DNA of 16,048 nucleotides from a virus (Duplodnaviria; Heunggongvirae; Uroviricota; Caudoviricetes): IMG/VR virus record IMGVR_UViG_2636415477_000004, positions 1 to 16,048 of that record; one strand, 5' to 3'. Shown piece by piece: positions 15,596 to 16,048 of this stretch (position 1 is its first letter; each line of letters starts with the position of its first letter). The notes under the pieces were generated by a model. It saw only the letters and a program-made list of their open reading frames with translations, ran no database searches and was not told where the DNA came from. The position numbers and the translations under genes were made by a program.

Positions 15596-15929
15596 GATAA
15601 AAACGCTGCATCTGGTCCCGCGTGAAGGGATGCAGGTGAGTGAGAAACCGTCGGTGGTGAGGGTTCGGTTTGGTGACGGTTATGAACAGCGCCGACCGAC
15701 GGGACTTAATGCCAGACTGAAGACGTTTCAGGCGGTGTTCCGGGTGACGGATGAACCAACCCGGCGCTGGCTGGATGAATTTTTATCGTGGCATGGTGGT
15801 TACCGTGCCTTTTTGTGGCGACCACCGAAACATAACCGGACGGTGAGGGTGGTGTGCCGGGAGTGGAGCGTCACAGATAACGCCAGGTACAGTGATTTCA
15901 GTTGTACGATTGAGCAGGTGGTGAACTGA
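15588..15929 (+). CDS. M: Minor tail protein M
   Basis: 113-aa ORF, GTG start after GGAGGA, overlapping the tape-measure stop; recognisable similarity to lambda gpM (VRFGDGY.QR..GLNA.LKT... ending EQVVN). Confidence 0.85.
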   Translation: MAEIKTLHLVPREGMQVSEKPSVVRVRFGDGYEQRRPTGLNARLKTFQAVFRVTDEPTRRWLDEFLSWHGGYRAFLWRPPKHNRTVRVVCREWSVTDNARYSDFSCTIEQVVN

Positions 15930-16048
15930 TGCAGGATATTCACGAAGAAAGTCTGAACGAGTCGGTTAAGTCAGAGCAGTCACCGCGGGTGGTGCTCTGG
16001 GAAATCGACCTGACGGTACAGGGCGGTGAGCGGTATTTTTTCTGTAAT
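15929..16048 (+). CDS. L: Minor tail protein L, N-terminal part (runs off the window end)
   Basis: ATG overlaps the gpM stop (TGATG); translation MQDIHEESLNESVKSEQSPRVVLWEIDLTVQGGERYFFCN closely resembles the lambda gpL N-terminus as I recall it. Confidence 0.85.
   Translation, partial: MQDIHEESLNESVKSEQSPRVVLWEIDLTVQGGERYFFCN

Larger units (their letters stand above)
1..16048 (+). mobile_element. Prophage late region (lambdoid siphovirus: lysis end, accessory genes, packaging, HK97-like head, lambda-like tail)
   Basis: Co-linear, translationally coupled + strand genes whose translations match phage spanins, HNH endonuclease, terminase subunits, prohead protease/capsid, portal, connector proteins, tail tube, tape measure and lambda gpM/gpL-like proteins. 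Confidence 0.9.

Overview
This window reads as the late region of a lambdoid, siphovirus-type prophage from an Enterobacteriaceae (E. coli-like) host, almost entirely on the + strand and tightly translationally coupled. In order: the 3' end of the lysis cassette (Rz i-spanin with embedded Rz1 o-spanin, then two tandem intrinsic terminators); a lower-GC accessory segment (KilA-N domain gene, a ~550 bp stretch with no convincing ORF, an antisense small DNA-binding gene); a packaging module (HNH endonuclease, an intergenic array of GTTAAC palindromes that I interpret as a cos/terminase recognition region, TerS, TerL); an HK97-type head module (prohead protease fused to major capsid protein, then a portal with a long repeat-containing C-terminal extension, head-tail connector and joining proteins); and a lambda-like tail module (gp10-like protein, tail terminator, major tail protein with a C-terminal Ig-like domain, G/G-T chaperones with a -1 frameshift site, a 1080-aa tape measure, gpM, and the start of gpL). 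I do not see a canonical defence or anti-defence system (no reverse transcriptase, no ATPase-nuclease pair, no CRISPR, no obvious toxin-antitoxin pair). The least explained parts are the accessory segment at 343-1856, the palindrome array at 2311-2440, and the portal C-terminal extension. All calls rest on reading the ORF translations and sequence by eye; no database search was run.
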